A stretch of DNA of 59,323 bases from Patescibacteria group bacterium (lineage in GTDB: Bacteria > Patescibacteriota > UBA1384 > XYA2-FULL-43-10 > 1-14-0-10-43-13): positions 1-59,323 of the forward strand of contig JBBTQI010000002.1 in the NCBI GenBank assembly GCA_038078835.1, written 5' to 3'. The translations under genes and the position numbers were made by a program. Positions within the stretch are counted from its first letter, which is position 1; the number at the start of each line of letters is the position of its first letter. This document shows, piece after piece, positions 8,747 to 19,628 of this stretch. Under the pieces are notes generated by a model, which ran no database searches, was not told the origin of the DNA, and worked only from the letters and a program-made list of their open reading frames with translations.

Positions 8747-10687
8747 TTGGGTTTTGTGGATATTTTTGGCAACTTCTCCGAATTGCGGGGGGATAAAAAA
8801 ACACGGCGGGTCACCCGCGGCGATGATCTTGATTTTTCTTACTCTGACGTTGCCAACACATGTCTTACGCGCTTGGAGGAGAAGGAGGCTCCGCCCTCAA
8901 GTTGGGCAATGAAGTTTCTGCTGGTTCTTGCTTTTAGCATTCTGGTCGGCCGGCTTTTTTATCTTCAGGTGGTTCACGGCGGCGACAACCGGAAGCTGGC
9001 GGAGGGCAATCGGATTCGCCCGCGCATTATTGAGGCGTCCCGCGGTTTGGTTAGCGATAAGGATGGTGTTTGGCTAGCCCGGAACCGGCCCGACTTTGCG
9101 TTGGCAATTTATCCCTCCGACTTGCCCAAGAACAAAGAAAATCGCGAAGATGTCTTCTCTGATCTGGCCAATATTACCGGTCTGACTCCGACTGAGATCA
9201 GGGATCTGGCGGCCGGCAACAGCCGCTTCTTTTACGATTCAATCATTATCAAAGACCACTTGAGTCACGAAGAAACTTTGATTTTAGAGGAGAAGATTGC
9301 CAATTTGCCGGGTGTTTTTATCTCCGAGCACTCAACGCGCGAGTACGTCGCCTTGCCCGGCCTGGCTCACCTTCTGGGTTACATCGGTTCGGTTTCACCG
9401 GAGGACATTGAAAATAATCCGGACTATCTTCTCTCCGACCGTGTTGGCAAAACCGGCATCGAAAAAGTGTATGAGGGCTATTTGCGCGGCCAGCATGGCG
9501 TTGAGCAGATTGAGGTAGATTCGCTCGGCAATGTGGTTCGGGTGCTGGTTCAGGAGGAGAACGAGGAGCCGACTGCCGGCAATGATGTTACTCTCTATCT
9601 TGACCGTGATTTGCAGGCTAAGACGGCGGAGTATCTTCGCGGGGGCATTGAGAAGGCCAAGGAGTTGACCGGAACGGAGATCAATGCGGGAGTAGCGGCC
9701 GTTATGGATGTTAAAACCGGCGGTATTCTGGCTCTTGTTTCTCTGCCTGACTACGATAATAATATTTTTACCGGCAAGGTTTCGTCCGGCGACTATCAGA
9801 GATTGATCGAGGATAAGTCCCAACCTCTTTTTGATCGCGCTATTAAAGGTATCTATCCACCCGGCTCGGTTTCAAAGATTATCCTGGCGGCGGCGGGTCT
9901 GGCCGAGGGGACGATCACGCCGGAAACCGCCTTTGATACGCCGCCGGCGATTGAGATTGGCGAGTATGTTTTTCCCGACTGGAAGGACCACGGCCCAACC
10001 AATGTGGAGAGGGCGATTGCCGAATCGAACAACATCTTTTTCTACTCCCTGGGCGGCGGCTTTGACAAGATTCGCGGCCTAGGCATAGAAAAGATTAAAG
10101 AGTATTGGCAGCGGTTCGGTTTGGGTGTGCCGACGGGAATTGATCTGCCGGGCGAAGCATCGGGTTTACTGCCCGATGCCGAGTGGAAGAAGCGGGTGAA
10201 AAATGAGCCGTGGTACATTGGTGATACCTATCACGTCTCGATCGGCCAGGGTGATCTTTTGGTGACGCCTCTGCAGATGCTGCGGGCGACAGCAGTGATT
10301 GCCAGCGGCGGTAAACTTTTTAAGCCCGGGCTCGTCAAGCACATTACCGCACCTGATGGCCGGGTGGTTAGGGAATATGGCGGTGAGCTGGCAGATGATC
10401 AGGTTGTTGCACCGGAGATAGTGGCAACGGTCGGGCGCGGCATGCGCCAGGCGGTAACGGGAGGCTCGGCGCGAAGCCTTGGAGATCTGCCGGTAACTTC
10501 GGCGGGTAAAACCGGAACGGCCCAGTTTTTTGACAACCAAAAAACCCACGCTTGGTTTGAGGCCTACGCGCCCTATGAAGATCCGGAGATTGCGGTGCTT
10601 GTTCTGGTTGAGGGCGGCGGCGGCGGCAACGAGACGGCGGTGCCGGTCGCCAAAGAGATTATGAGATACTATTTTGAGCAAAAATAG
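8747..10687 (+). CDS. mrdA: Penicillin-binding protein 2 (transpeptidase)
   Basis: SxxK (GSVSK), SxN (ESNN) and KTG (AGKTGTAQ) motifs. TTG start follows AGGAGA. Confidence 0.9.
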   Translation: MGFVDIFGNFSELRGDKKTRRVTRGDDLDFSYSDVANTCLTRLEEKEAPPSSWAMKFLLVLAFSILVGRLFYLQVVHGGDNRKLAEGNRIRPRIIEASRGLVSDKDGVWLARNRPDFALAIYPSDLPKNKENREDVFSDLANITGLTPTEIRDLAAGNSRFFYDSIIIKDHLSHEETLILEEKIANLPGVFISEHSTREYVALPGLAHLLGYIGSVSPEDIENNPDYLLSDRVGKTGIEKVYEGYLRGQHGVEQIEVDSLGNVVRVLVQEENEEPTAGNDVTLYLDRDLQAKTAEYLRGGIEKAKELTGTEINAGVAAVMDVKTGGILALVSLPDYDNNIFTGKVSSGDYQRLIEDKSQPLFDRAIKGIYPPGSVSKIILAAAGLAEGTITPETAFDTPPAIEIGEYVFPDWKDHGPTNVERAIAESNNIFFYSLGGGFDKIRGLGIEKIKEYWQRFGLGVPTGIDLPGEASGLLPDAEWKKRVKNEPWYIGDTYHVSIGQGDLLVTPLQMLRATAVIASGGKLFKPGLVKHITAPDGRVVREYGGELADDQVVAPEIVATVGRGMRQAVTGGSARSLGDLPVTSAGKTGTAQFFDNQKTHAWFEAYAPYEDPEIAVLVLVEGGGGGNETAVPVAKEIMRYYFEQK

Positions 10688-10976
10688 TGGAAGTTATTCA
10701 CAGCCGCGAGAACGGTTTGACTCTTTACATCCGGAATATTTTCTAATAATATACGTGGGGTGGGATTTTTTTGTAAAAATCTTTAATTGAAGTAAAACCG
10801 GGCGTTTTTCCCATTGACAGCAATAATTGGTTTCTGGGAGAATAACACGCTGTTTAGCAACGCTCCGTTGCTTGAAGAGTGTCTTCCGATTTATGAAAAA
10901 TAGAGAGCAAGCACTCAAGTTCCCTTTTGTTGGAGTACAAGTAATGGAGCGAAGATGTAATTTTAGAGCGGAGGCA

Positions 10977-11441
10977 ATGATGTCTAACCAAATGACAGCT
11001 GCCGGACTTCTGAACTTGAAAAACCAGCTGGCCAAGATCGATCAGCAATTCAAAGATGTTGCTTCGCGCATCAAGGAAGCACGGGACCTGGGTGACTTAT
11101 CTGAGAATGCGGAGTATCACAGTGCCAAGGAGGAGCAAGCCTTTCTGATGGGCCGCAAAGCGGAGCTGGAACAGAAGATTAAAACGGCGCAAGTAGTCAA
11201 AAATTGCGATGCCAGTATTGTTTCGGTCGGTTGCCGCGTCGAGGTCAAAAACGGCGTGGGGACCTTTAATTTTGAAATTGTCGGCTCAGACGAATCCGAT
11301 CCGACTACCGGCAAGATTTCGGCCGATTCGCCGATCGGTTCGGCCCTCTGCGGCCATCGCTCGGGAGAGAGGGTAGCAGTGACAACGCCGGCCGGCAAAT
11401 CGGAGTACCAGATCTTAGCTATCAGTCAAGCCGACCTGTAG
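10977..11441 (+). CDS. greA: Transcription elongation factor GreA
   Basis: LGDLSENAEYHSAKEEQ motif plus a C-terminal FKBP-like domain. GGAGG precedes ATGATG, so the start is 10977 or 10980. Confidence 0.9.
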   Translation: MMSNQMTAAGLLNLKNQLAKIDQQFKDVASRIKEARDLGDLSENAEYHSAKEEQAFLMGRKAELEQKIKTAQVVKNCDASIVSVGCRVEVKNGVGTFNFEIVGSDESDPTTGKISADSPIGSALCGHRSGERVAVTTPAGKSEYQILAISQADL

Positions 11442-11503
11442 TATAATATCGTTCGAGGTCGATGAATATCGGTTGAGAACTTTTTGATCAAGATACTGAC
11501 AAC

Positions 11504-11533
11504 AAAAAGACCGCCCCTTTCGGGGCCTTTTTG
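11504..11533 (+). terminator. Terminator after greA
   Basis: GCCCC-TTTC-GGGGC hairpin (11513..11526) followed by TTTTT. Confidence 0.5.
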
Positions 11534-11599
11534 TTTAATAAAAAATGGCGGCGAGCTAGGGTGCTGCCGCCAGGCGGATGGTGTCACGCCGTGACGTGA

Positions 11600-11896
11600 C
11601 TAGGTGGCACAATGTCGTCGGCGAGGGCGGACCCAACGCCAAACGGAGCGCAGAAGCCCCATAAGCCAAGGAATGATAACCGGCTTGTCATCTCTCTTCG
11701 CCAGAGCGGCGAAGAAGAAAGTGCCGGCGGCGGCCAGCCAGTAGATGGTGGATAGACGCATGGCCCACTTGAGGTCGAAGCTCCCCAGGAGTATGAACTC
11801 ATCCCAGGCGCTTTGCTCAAGTTGGATGGCAACGTAGAGGAACCAGATAGTGACGATGATTCCGCCAACGCGGAGCATCGAAGTGACATGTTGCAT
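11600..11896 (-). CDS. Small membrane protein (98 aa), orphan
   Basis: AAGGGAG RBS precedes the internal Met (MQHVTSML...). Two or three hydrophobic segments. Confidence 0.45.
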   Translation of the reverse strand: MQHVTSMLRVGGIIVTIWFLYVAIQLEQSAWDEFILLGSFDLKWAMRLSTIYWLAAAGTFFFAALAKRDDKPVIIPWLMGLLRSVWRWVRPRRRHCAT

Positions 11897-11897
11897 G

Positions 11898-12101
11898 TTA
11901 ACTCCCTTCTTTCTTGCCACGGCGGAAGGGACCGGGAGCGACGACGTAATCGCCGTCCCGAGTCTCTGAACAGGCATAGGCGGCATCGAGTCTCTCAAAG
12001 GCAGGCTGGCAATCAGCCACGACCTGCTTCATGACCCTCCGTTGATGCCGACGTCGCTGACGACCGGAGGAGCCGGTGGAACGGGATCTCGCATTGCCCA
12101 T
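11898..12101 (-). CDS. Small Arg-rich protein (67 aa), orphan
   Basis: AGGGAG RBS precedes MGNARSRS. Its stop is 1 nt from the start of the downstream membrane protein. Confidence 0.35.
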   Translation of the reverse strand: MGNARSRSTGSSGRQRRRHQRRVMKQVVADCQPAFERLDAAYACSETRDGDYVVAPGPFRRGKKEGS

Positions 12102-12443
12102 GGGCTTCTCCCTTCGCGCACATAGTATCACACACCGGATATTGAGGCAATGTTCATAAGTCCGGGGTGTTTTATTCTTCGAACGCTTGGAATTAAAGCG
12201 CGAGAAGTTCTCTCCCTTATCAGATTCTCGGTAAGGGGTCGAACAATATTAATTTTGTGCCAGTCATCCAAATTAGGGCTTTTCTTGTTTGGCCTATTTG
12301 TGCTGGTTTGGCTGTAGTTGATGGTTAGGAGCGGGGGTAGATTCTTTTGGCAACAAAAACCCGTTGCGAGCGGCGTGGCAGGAGGCGGGACGCGGGAGCG
12401 CCGTCGTCTCGGCTAGGCCGGCTTATCGCAACGGGGGGATAAG

Positions 12444-12989
12444 TCACGGTTTTCTTTTGTGCCGGTGTTTGGGGTAGATAACCGTCACTTGGTGGTACTT
12501 GTTCCGGACCATGGCGCGGGCGATTTTGCCGTTTAGTCGGAGTACGATATGTGACTCAACGCCGAAGGTCTCCCGAAGGAGGTCGGCCGCTTTCTCCTTT
12601 ATCCCGGTGATATCGCGTTGCCGGTTGAGGTAGAGGCAAATCTCATGTCCGGTTGCTTGTATCAGGCCGGTCCTGAAGCCAACATCCTTGGGGCGGTTTG
12701 CGGTTCCCCACAGTAGTGCCTGAAGTAGTGCCAGGGCGTAAGGGAACCTGATGCAGGCCACCACTCCCGTTGGCAGGGAATGCTCCAGCGGCTGGATCTC
12801 ATCCCCCAGGAGTCTGGCGGCGGCAACGACCTGTTGGCTAACTCCGTCATCACGGGCGAGCCAGTTGTGAAGAGCCGCCGCCGCCCTGCGGCGTTCTAGT
12901 CGGCTGTGGCTAGTGTTGAGGATAGTCGCGACCCAGGTCAAGCACTGTACTGCTACCAGTTCCTCTGGTTGAATCTTTCTTGCTCCCAT
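12444..12989 (-). CDS. Hypothetical protein (181 aa), orphan in GC-rich islet
   Basis: Clean ORF on the minority strand with a long-loop hairpin plus T-run downstream (12359..12436 region). No recognisable family. Confidence 0.5.
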   Translation of the reverse strand: MGARKIQPEELVAVQCLTWVATILNTSHSRLERRRAAAALHNWLARDDGVSQQVVAAARLLGDEIQPLEHSLPTGVVACIRFPYALALLQALLWGTANRPKDVGFRTGLIQATGHEICLYLNRQRDITGIKEKAADLLRETFGVESHIVLRLNGKIARAMVRNKYHQVTVIYPKHRHKRKP

Positions 12990-13161
12990 CTTCCCTCCTT
13001 TGATCGCTGCCGGTGATTCGCGCCGTTCCGGCGATCGTTCGGATACTATAATATTTACGCTAAAAATACAAGATCAGTCGCTAAATCCATTCTTCCCTTC
13101 GGTCCCCTAATATGGTAAGATGGGCTCAATTGGGACGGGACTAATTTTTGAAAGAGGCATT

Positions 13162-14631
13162 ATGACTGAGCATTTGGGCGCGACGGAAAAGGAACTCATT
13201 GCAATCCGCAAACAGAAGCTGGAGAAGATGCGTGAAATGGGGCTTGACCCTTATCCCTCTGATTCAAGTCGCCAAAACAAAATCGGCGAAGTTATCGAGA
13301 ACAAGGACGATCTCTTGGTCGGCGGCAAGGCGGTGGCGATCGCCGGACGGATCATATCGCTTCGCGGCCATGGCAAGCTCGTCTTCGCCGATCTTCTGGA
13401 TGAGTCGGGCAAGATCCAGGTTGTCTTCAAGGCTGATCTTCTGACCGAGGCGGAGTTTAAGCTGATCGATCTTCTTGATCGGGGCGATTTTATCGAAACA
13501 ATGGGACCGCTCTTTGTGACCAAGGCCGGCGAGATGACCGTCGAAAGTCGGAGCGTTAAAATTTTGGCCAAAGCGATTCGGCCTCTGCCGGAGAAATGGC
13601 ACGGCTTAAAAAACGAGGAATCAAAATTGCGCAAGCGTTATCTTGATCTACTCTTGAATCCCGAACTTAAAGAGCTTTTCCGGCAGAAAGCACGGTTTTG
13701 GCAAGCAACGCGGCAGTTTTTAGTCGATCAGGGTTTTTGGGAGGCGGAGACACCGGCGCTGGAGACGACCGCCGGCGGGGCTGACGCCAATCCCTTTGTG
13801 ACTCATCACGATGCTCTCGACATCGATGTCTATTTGCGTATCTCAATGGGAGAGCTGTGGCAGAAGCGCCTGATGGTGGCCGGCATGGAGAAGACCTTTG
13901 AGATCGGCCGGCAGTTCCGGAACGAGGGGTTAAGCCGCGAGCATCTCCAGGATTACTCCCAGATGGAATTTTATTGGGCTTATGCCAACTACCGCGACTC
14001 GATGGCGCTCGTGTGCCAACTCTATCGCTATATTGCCCGGGAGACCTTTGGCACAACCAAGTTTCATATCAATGGTTTTGATATTGATTTGGCCGATGAG
14101 TGGAGCGAGATTGATTATGCGGCAACCGTTCGGGAGAAGATGGGCCTCGATGTTGCAACGGCAACGGAGGGGGAAATAGCGGCCAAACTTAAGGAGAAAA
14201 AGATTGAGTTCAATCCGGCGGACCGCCGCGGGCGCCTCATCGACGCGCTCTGGAAACAGATTCGCAAAGGCGTTGCCGGTCCGGCTTTTCTTACCAATCA
14301 TCCGGTTGAGGTTTCTCCTCTGGCCAAGCGGAAAGTTGACAACCCTCGACTTGTTGAGCGCTATCAGGTAATATTAGCGGGCTCGGAGCTGGGCAACGGT
14401 TATTCGGAGCTGAACGACCCCCTTGACCAGGCGGAGCGTTTCCGGGAACAGGCCGCCTTACGGGCGGCAGGGGACAAAGATGCTCAAATGTTCGATCAGG
14501 ATTTTGTCGAAGCGCTGGAGTATGGTATGCCCCCCACTACCGGCTTTGGTTTTTCTGAGCGCCTCTTCGCTTTTCTGGCCAACCGTCCCGTCCGCGAAGC
14601 CGTCCTGTTTCCCTTAATGAGACCTCAATAG
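13162..14631 (+). CDS. lysS: Lysine--tRNA ligase (class II)
   Basis: OB-fold N-terminus, class II motifs (FEIGRQFRNEG, GFGFSERL). AAGAGG precedes the Met at 13162. Confidence 0.95.
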   Translation: MTEHLGATEKELIAIRKQKLEKMREMGLDPYPSDSSRQNKIGEVIENKDDLLVGGKAVAIAGRIISLRGHGKLVFADLLDESGKIQVVFKADLLTEAEFKLIDLLDRGDFIETMGPLFVTKAGEMTVESRSVKILAKAIRPLPEKWHGLKNEESKLRKRYLDLLLNPELKELFRQKARFWQATRQFLVDQGFWEAETPALETTAGGADANPFVTHHDALDIDVYLRISMGELWQKRLMVAGMEKTFEIGRQFRNEGLSREHLQDYSQMEFYWAYANYRDSMALVCQLYRYIARETFGTTKFHINGFDIDLADEWSEIDYAATVREKMGLDVATATEGEIAAKLKEKKIEFNPADRRGRLIDALWKQIRKGVAGPAFLTNHPVEVSPLAKRKVDNPRLVERYQVILAGSELGNGYSELNDPLDQAERFREQAALRAAGDKDAQMFDQDFVEALEYGMPPTTGFGFSERLFAFLANRPVREAVLFPLMRPQ

Positions 14632-14649
14632 TTAATGAAACGGAGTCTT

Positions 14650-15930
14650 ATGCTAGACATTAAACTAATTCGAGAAAAGCCGGAGGATGTGGCTAAAGCG
14701 ATCGCCCGAAAGGGGGCCGATCCGCGGCTGATTGACGATGTGTTGCGCCTGGATCATGAGCGGCGGGCCAAACTGGCCGAGTTGGAGAAAGCCCAGAGCG
14801 AGCTAAATGTCCGTTCCGGCGAGATCGCCAAATTGCACGGTCAACAGAAAATCGAGGCGGTCAACGAGGCCAGTCATTATTCGGAGAAGGTCAAGGAGCT
14901 CAAGCCTGAGGTTGATCGACTTAGCAATGAATATCACCGCCTGATGCTCCTTGTTCCCAATCCGCCGGCCGCCGATGTCATCGACGGTGAGAGCGATAAA
15001 GACAACACCGTCAACCGCCGGTGGGGCGAGCCGACCAAATTTGATTTTAAGCCGCTTGATCACGTTGAGCTGGGCGAAAAACTTGACCTCATTGATATTT
15101 CCCGGGCGGCCAAAGTTGCCGGCTCCCGTTTTTATTTCCTGAAAAATGAGGCGGCTCTTCTGGAATTTGCTCTAATCAGATATACCCTGGATATCTTAAC
15201 GGCTGAGGGTTTCATACCGATGATCCCCCCCGTTCTCTTAAACCGAGAGACGATGATGGGGGCCGGCTACCTGCCGGCGGGTGAGGAGGAGATTTATAAG
15301 ACGCAGGACGAGAATTATCTGGCCGGAACATCGGAGCAGCCCCTGGCGGGGTACCACGCCAACGAAATTATTGAGGAGAAGGTCCTGCCCCTGCGCTATG
15401 CCGGTTTTTCCACCTGCTTCCGGCGCGAGGCGGGGAGTTACGGTAAAGATGTCCGAGGGATTTTTCGGGTTCATCAATTTGATAAAGTGGAGATGTTCTC
15501 CTACACGACGCCGGCGCAATCGGCCAAGGAGCACGACCGCCTTGTTTCACTGGAGGAGAAGATCGTTCGGGGCTTGAAGTTGCCTTATCAGGTTATCAAT
15601 ATCAGTACCGGCGATCTGGGCGCGCCGGCGGCTAAGAAATTCGATATTGAAACCTGGCTGCCGGGTGAGAACCGCTATCGCGAGACCCACTCCTGTTCCA
15701 ACTGCACTGATTTTCAGGCGCGGCGGCTCAATATCAGATATCGCAACAGCGAGAGCAAGATTGAGGTTTTGCACACCCTAAACGGCACGGCGGTCGCCAT
15801 TGGCCGCATACTTATTGCGATTATGGAGAATTACCAGTCCTTCGACAGAGCTCAGGATAAACATTATATTAAGGTGCCGGAAGTTCTACAGAAGTATGTC
15901 GGGTTTGATTGTGTTAAGCCAAGAGTTTAA
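14650..15930 (+). CDS. serS: Serine--tRNA ligase
   Basis: MLDIKLIR N-terminus, FRREAGSYGKDVRGIFRVHQF, TLNGTAVA. Contains a short atypical SFDRAQDKH segment near the C-terminus. Confidence 0.95.
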   Translation: MLDIKLIREKPEDVAKAIARKGADPRLIDDVLRLDHERRAKLAELEKAQSELNVRSGEIAKLHGQQKIEAVNEASHYSEKVKELKPEVDRLSNEYHRLMLLVPNPPAADVIDGESDKDNTVNRRWGEPTKFDFKPLDHVELGEKLDLIDISRAAKVAGSRFYFLKNEAALLEFALIRYTLDILTAEGFIPMIPPVLLNRETMMGAGYLPAGEEEIYKTQDENYLAGTSEQPLAGYHANEIIEEKVLPLRYAGFSTCFRREAGSYGKDVRGIFRVHQFDKVEMFSYTTPAQSAKEHDRLVSLEEKIVRGLKLPYQVINISTGDLGAPAAKKFDIETWLPGENRYRETHSCSNCTDFQARRLNIRYRNSESKIEVLHTLNGTAVAIGRILIAIMENYQSFDRAQDKHYIKVPEVLQKYVGFDCVKPRV

Positions 15931-16073
15931 TCGGTTGTCGTTTTACGGTAACGATGCCCCCGCCAAAGGCGGGCAGGCGTATCGTTAATCGTCGTTCGGT
16001 TACGGCTTTAGATGAGCAATGTTATCTTTTGACGAAACGGGCTTCGTAACCGTGAACCGTTGGACGAAAACCA
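15931..16073. repeat. CGGTAACGAT / ACGAAACGGGC word spacer (family shared with 29495..29628)
   Basis: Shares acgaaacgggcYtcg (16032..16046 vs 29580..29594) and cggtaacgat with the htpX upstream spacer. Confidence 0.6.
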
Positions 16074-16085
16074 ATGGGAGGTGTG

Positions 16086-16454
16086 ATGAAGATAAATATC
16101 TTTACTCAGGGGGTGGAGCTTAATCCAAAAGAGAGGAGTGATGTTGAGGGCAAATTGGCCAAACTGGATAAGTTTGCCGCGGAGGAGCCGGCCACACTCG
16201 ATGCCCACTTTATTGACGAGTCGGGCCAGGGACGCAAAAACGGTTGCGATCAGACAGTTCATTTGAATTTTCTAGCCGGTAAGGAAAGAATTTTTATTGA
16301 GGAGACGCGCAATCATCACTTAAAGGCCTTCGCTTTTGCTTACAAACGCCTGAAGCGAACACTCGAGAAGAATCATCGCAAAAATGTTGATCGTTTCCGG
16401 CGGATTCGCGGCAGTGTTGAGAGGATCTTTAGTCTTATCCGGCGCAAAAGGTAA
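16086..16454 (+). CDS. hpf: Ribosome hibernation factor (HPF/RaiA family)
   Basis: MKINIFTQGVELNPKERSDVEGKLAKLDKF matches the family N-terminal pattern. GGGAGG RBS. Confidence 0.65.
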   Translation: MKINIFTQGVELNPKERSDVEGKLAKLDKFAAEEPATLDAHFIDESGQGRKNGCDQTVHLNFLAGKERIFIEETRNHHLKAFAFAYKRLKRTLEKNHRKNVDRFRRIRGSVERIFSLIRRKR

Positions 16455-16471
16455 TTTTTAGGGGAACCAAG

Positions 16472-16627
16472 ATGTCAGAGGAAGAGAATCTCAAGATCGA
16501 ATTCTTGCCCGACGATGGCGGCGTCAAGGTTAATGGCCAATGGTTTGCTTCGCTTGAGGATTATTATCGTGATCGCGAAGCCAAAATAAAAGGCATTGAC
16601 CCCAAGGCAAGCCCTGGACCCAAATAA
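16472..16627 (+). CDS. Possible small protein (51 aa)
   Basis: ATG ORF MSEEENLKIEFLPDDGGVKVNGQWF... It is below the ORF-track cutoff and has only a weak RBS. Confidence 0.3.
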   Translation: MSEEENLKIEFLPDDGGVKVNGQWFASLEDYYRDREAKIKGIDPKASPGPK

Positions 16628-16644
16628 TGTAGCGAAGCAAACTT

Positions 16645-16716
16645 CGCGGTATTAAATCGGCCAGTACCTTTTGTTACGCTTTGTCGCCCTACGGGCATTA
16701 TCATATCTTGTAATAA
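16645..16716 (+). repeat. Conserved ~72-nt structured element, copy B
   Basis: Homologous to 5590..5662. Hairpin 2 here is GCCC-TAC-GGGC (16686..16696), so the stem is kept with a different sequence. Confidence 0.7.
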
Positions 16717-16829
16717 AGACAGGGACAACCGCCTCAAAATGAATGCCAGAACCCGGCAAGGATGTTACTGCCCCCTGGTTTTTCTTTGGCGTTTACAGTA
16801 TAATGGCAAGTCTTCAAGGAAAGAATATT

Positions 16830-19622
16830 ATGTCGATTTTACACAAGATTTTAGGCGATCCGAACAAGCGAGTCTTAAGGGCTCTTGAGTCGCAGGTAAG
16901 TTTGGTTAACGCCCGCGAGGCGTCAATCCGGAAACTCTCCGATGCCAAACTCAAGGAGCAGACGACTCAATTTCGAGAGCGTATCAGGGAGGCTGGCGGC
17001 GATGTTGTCCCGGAGAAGGATATCCTAAACGAGATTCTGCCGGAGGCCTTTGCTGTGGTGCGGGAAGCAATGCGCCGGAGTTGGAGCGAGCGCCACTATG
17101 ACGTTCAGATTATGGGCGGCATCGTGCTTCATCAGGGTAAAATCGCCGAAATGAAAACGGGTGAGGGCAAGACTATTGTGGCGACTCTGGCGCTCTATCT
17201 GAACGCTTTGGCCGGCCGCGGCGCTCATCTGGTCACGGTCAACGATTATCTCTCCCGCCGCGACGGCGAGGGTATGGGCGAGGTTTTCCATCTTTTAGGT
17301 CTCTCCACCGGTGTTATTCAGGGCAATCAGCAAACTTTTCGCTTTGTGAAAAATCATCATTATGACCACTATTCGCAAGTTGATGGTCAAAATCTTGAGC
17401 CGTGCAGCCGGGCCGAAGCCTACGCTTGCGATGTGGCTTACGGCACAAACAATGAATTTGGTTTCGATTATCTGCGCGATAATATGGTCCCGCGTCTCGT
17501 CGACAAGGTTCAGCGGCCGCTCTACTTTGCCATTGTCGACGAAGTCGATTCGATTTTAATTGATGAAGCGCGAACACCGCTCATTATTTCGGCGCCAGCG
17601 GCGGAGTCGACCGGTCTGTATAAGCAGTTTGCCGCTCTTGTGCCTCGTCTCCGGGCCAGTGAGGACTATACGGTTGACGAGAAGGAGCGGGTTTCCTCTC
17701 TAACCGAGGCGGGTATTGCCAAGATGGAGAGGATGCTCGGGATTAAAAATATCTACGAGACGGATGGTATTGCCCTCGTTCACCACCTGGAGGAGGCGCT
17801 GAAGGCACAGACTCTCTTTAAGAAAGATCGTGACTATATCGTCAAAGACGGTGAAATTATTATTGTTGACGAGTTTACCGGACGTCTTATGGAGGGCCGC
17901 CGCTACTCCGAGGGGCTCCATCAGGCGATCGAGGCCAAGGAGGAAGTCGAGGTCAAGCAAGAGTCGCAGACGCTGGCAACGATCTCTTTCCAAAACTATT
18001 TTCGTCTCTACGAAAAGTTGGCCGGTATGACGGGAACGGCGGCAACGGAAGCCGAGGAGTTTTATAAGATCTACAAATTGGATGTCGTTGAGATTTCCAC
18101 GCATAAGCCGGTGGTGCGCCATGACTACACCGACCGGATCTACAAGACGGAGGACGCCAAGTGGGAGGCAGTGGCGGCGGACATTAATGAGCGCCAGGAG
18201 CGGGGCCAGCCGGTGCTGGTGGGAACGGTTTCGGTTGAGAAGAACGAACGATTGTCGAAACTGCTCAAAATATCCGGTGTCAAACACGAGGTGTTAAACG
18301 CCAAACATCATGATCGTGAGGCGAAGATTATTACTAAAGCGGGTCAGCGGGGCGCGGTGACGGTGGCGACGAATATGGCCGGCCGCGGCACCGATATCAA
18401 ATTGGGCGAGGGGATTGCGGCTCTGGGCGGCTTGTGTGTGATTGGTACGGAGCGCCATGAGGCCAGGCGCATCGACAACCAGTTGCGCGGCCGGGCCGGC
18501 CGGCAGGGCGATCCGGGCGCCTCGCAGTTTTACGTTTCGCTTGATGACGACTTGATGCGGATCTTCGGCGGCGCACGCATTAAAAACCTGATGAATACCC
18601 TGGGTTTGCCGGATGATATACCGATTGAAAACCGGATGATTTCGCGCTCGATTGAGGCGGCTCAGCGCAAGGTTGAGGGGCACAACTTTGACATCAGGAA
18701 ACATCTGGTTGAGTACGATGATGTTATGAATAAGCATCGTGAGGTTATTTATCGCAAGCGCAATGAAATTTTGGCCAAATTTGATCAGGGTCAATCCATA
18801 AAAGATGAGATCCAGGATATTGTTGTTGACGAGGTGCGGGGGGCACTTCTTGCTTTTGTTGATGACGAGGAGGGGGCGCGGGGCGAGGTGTCGGCCATCT
18901 TGGGCGAGCCGGTGACGGGAGATTTGGATGGCGAGGCTTTGGCTCTTCGGGTTGGCGAAATTTACGCCGCACGCGAGAAAAAATTGGGCGAAGCCGCGAT
19001 CCGCGAGATTGAGCGGGTGGTTTACCTTAGAACTATTGATATGCTCTGGGTTGAGCATTTAACAACTATGGATGAACTTCGAACCGGTATTGGCCTTAGG
19101 GGATATGGCCAGCGCGATCCGCTGGTTGAATATAAGCAGGAGGCTTATCGGCTCTTCCAACATCTCTTAAAAAATATTGAATCGACGGTCGCCCGGACAA
19201 TCCTGCGTCTGGAGGTGCGTGTGGAACAGCCGGCGCCAGTGATGGCCAGGCCGCTCGAGTACAGCGCGCCCGACCCCAATGAGATCGGCAGTTTTGCCGA
19301 TGAAGCGGAGGAGCTAGGTGTCCAAGGCCCAAGGTTGGAGGCTGAAAGCAGGCCGAAGGCCCAAGGCCGAAGGCCGGAGATAGAAGATCAGAGATCATCG
19401 GCGGGGGCAGCGGGGGGACTGTCCCCAAAGGGGACTGTCCCCGGTGCGCCGGAACGGGGCGTCACCACCACTATCCGCTATGGCGGCAAGACCCTGCTGG
19501 AGCGGGCGGCCGAATCAACCGCCGGTCAGACCGGGACTATCAAGGCTGCCAAAAAGGTTGGCCGCAACGACCCCTGCCCTTGCGGATCAGGAAAGAAGTA
19601 TAAAAAGTGCCATGGGAAATAA
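16830..19622 (+). CDS. secA: Preprotein translocase ATPase SecA
   Basis: [15 protein letters not shown]-terminus after AGGAAAG, with TATAAT at 16799..16804 upstream. DEAD-like motor motifs and a C-terminal [14 protein letters not shown] zinc motif. Confidence 0.95.
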   Translation: MSILHKILGDPNKRVLRALESQVSLVNAREASIRKLSDAKLKEQTTQFRERIREAGGDVVPEKDILNEILPEAFAVVREAMRRSWSERHYDVQIMGGIVLHQGKIAEMKTGEGKTIVATLALYLNALAGRGAHLVTVNDYLSRRDGEGMGEVFHLLGLSTGVIQGNQQTFRFVKNHHYDHYSQVDGQNLEPCSRAEAYACDVAYGTNNEFGFDYLRDNMVPRLVDKVQRPLYFAIVDEVDSILIDEARTPLIISAPAAESTGLYKQFAALVPRLRASEDYTVDEKERVSSLTEAGIAKMERMLGIKNIYETDGIALVHHLEEALKAQTLFKKDRDYIVKDGEIIIVDEFTGRLMEGRRYSEGLHQAIEAKEEVEVKQESQTLATISFQNYFRLYEKLAGMTGTAATEAEEFYKIYKLDVVEISTHKPVVRHDYTDRIYKTEDAKWEAVAADINERQERGQPVLVGTVSVEKNERLSKLLKISGVKHEVLNAKHHDREAKIITKAGQRGAVTVATNMAGRGTDIKLGEGIAALGGLCVIGTERHEARRIDNQLRGRAGRQGDPGASQFYVSLDDDLMRIFGGARIKNLMNTLGLPDDIPIENRMISRSIEAAQRKVEGHNFDIRKHLVEYDDVMNKHREVIYRKRNEILAKFDQGQSIKDEIQDIVVDEVRGALLAFVDDEEGARGEVSAILGEPVTGDLDGEALALRVGEIYAAREKKLGEAAIREIERVVYLRTIDMLWVEHLTTMDELRTGIGLRGYGQRDPLVEYKQEAYRLFQHLLKNIESTVARTILRLEVRVEQPAPVMARPLEYSAPDPNEIGSFADEAEELGVQGPRLEAESRPKAQGRRPEIEDQRSSAGAAGGLSPKGTVPGAPERGVTTTIRYGGKTLLERAAESTAGQTGTIKAAKKVGRNDPCPCGSGKKYKKCHGK
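19323..19442 (+). repeat. In-frame word tract in the secA C-terminal linker
   Basis: GGCCGAAGGCCCAAGGCCGAAGGCC (19351..19378) and two copies of GGGGACTGTCCCC (19414..19426, 19430..19442). Confidence 0.8.
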
Positions 19623-19628
19623 GGAGGA

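Noticed and set aside
10694-11035. 113-aa ORF on the - strand, and the N-terminal extension of greA (10827..10976)
   Set aside because: Both lie in the pbp2-greA spacer without RBSs. GreA homology begins at MSNQMTAAGL, preceded by GGAGG.
17700-19058. Long antisense ORFs inside secA (17700..18287 -, 18294..19058 -), and similar ones inside the 567-aa gene (2086..2640 -), rseP (51175..51786 -), gap (58494..59003 -), ligA (34152..34688 -), htpX (29668..30168 -) and pbp2 (10166..10681 -)
   Set aside because: These are shadow ORFs opposite genes with clear family motifs. They have no RBS and biased, low-complexity translations.
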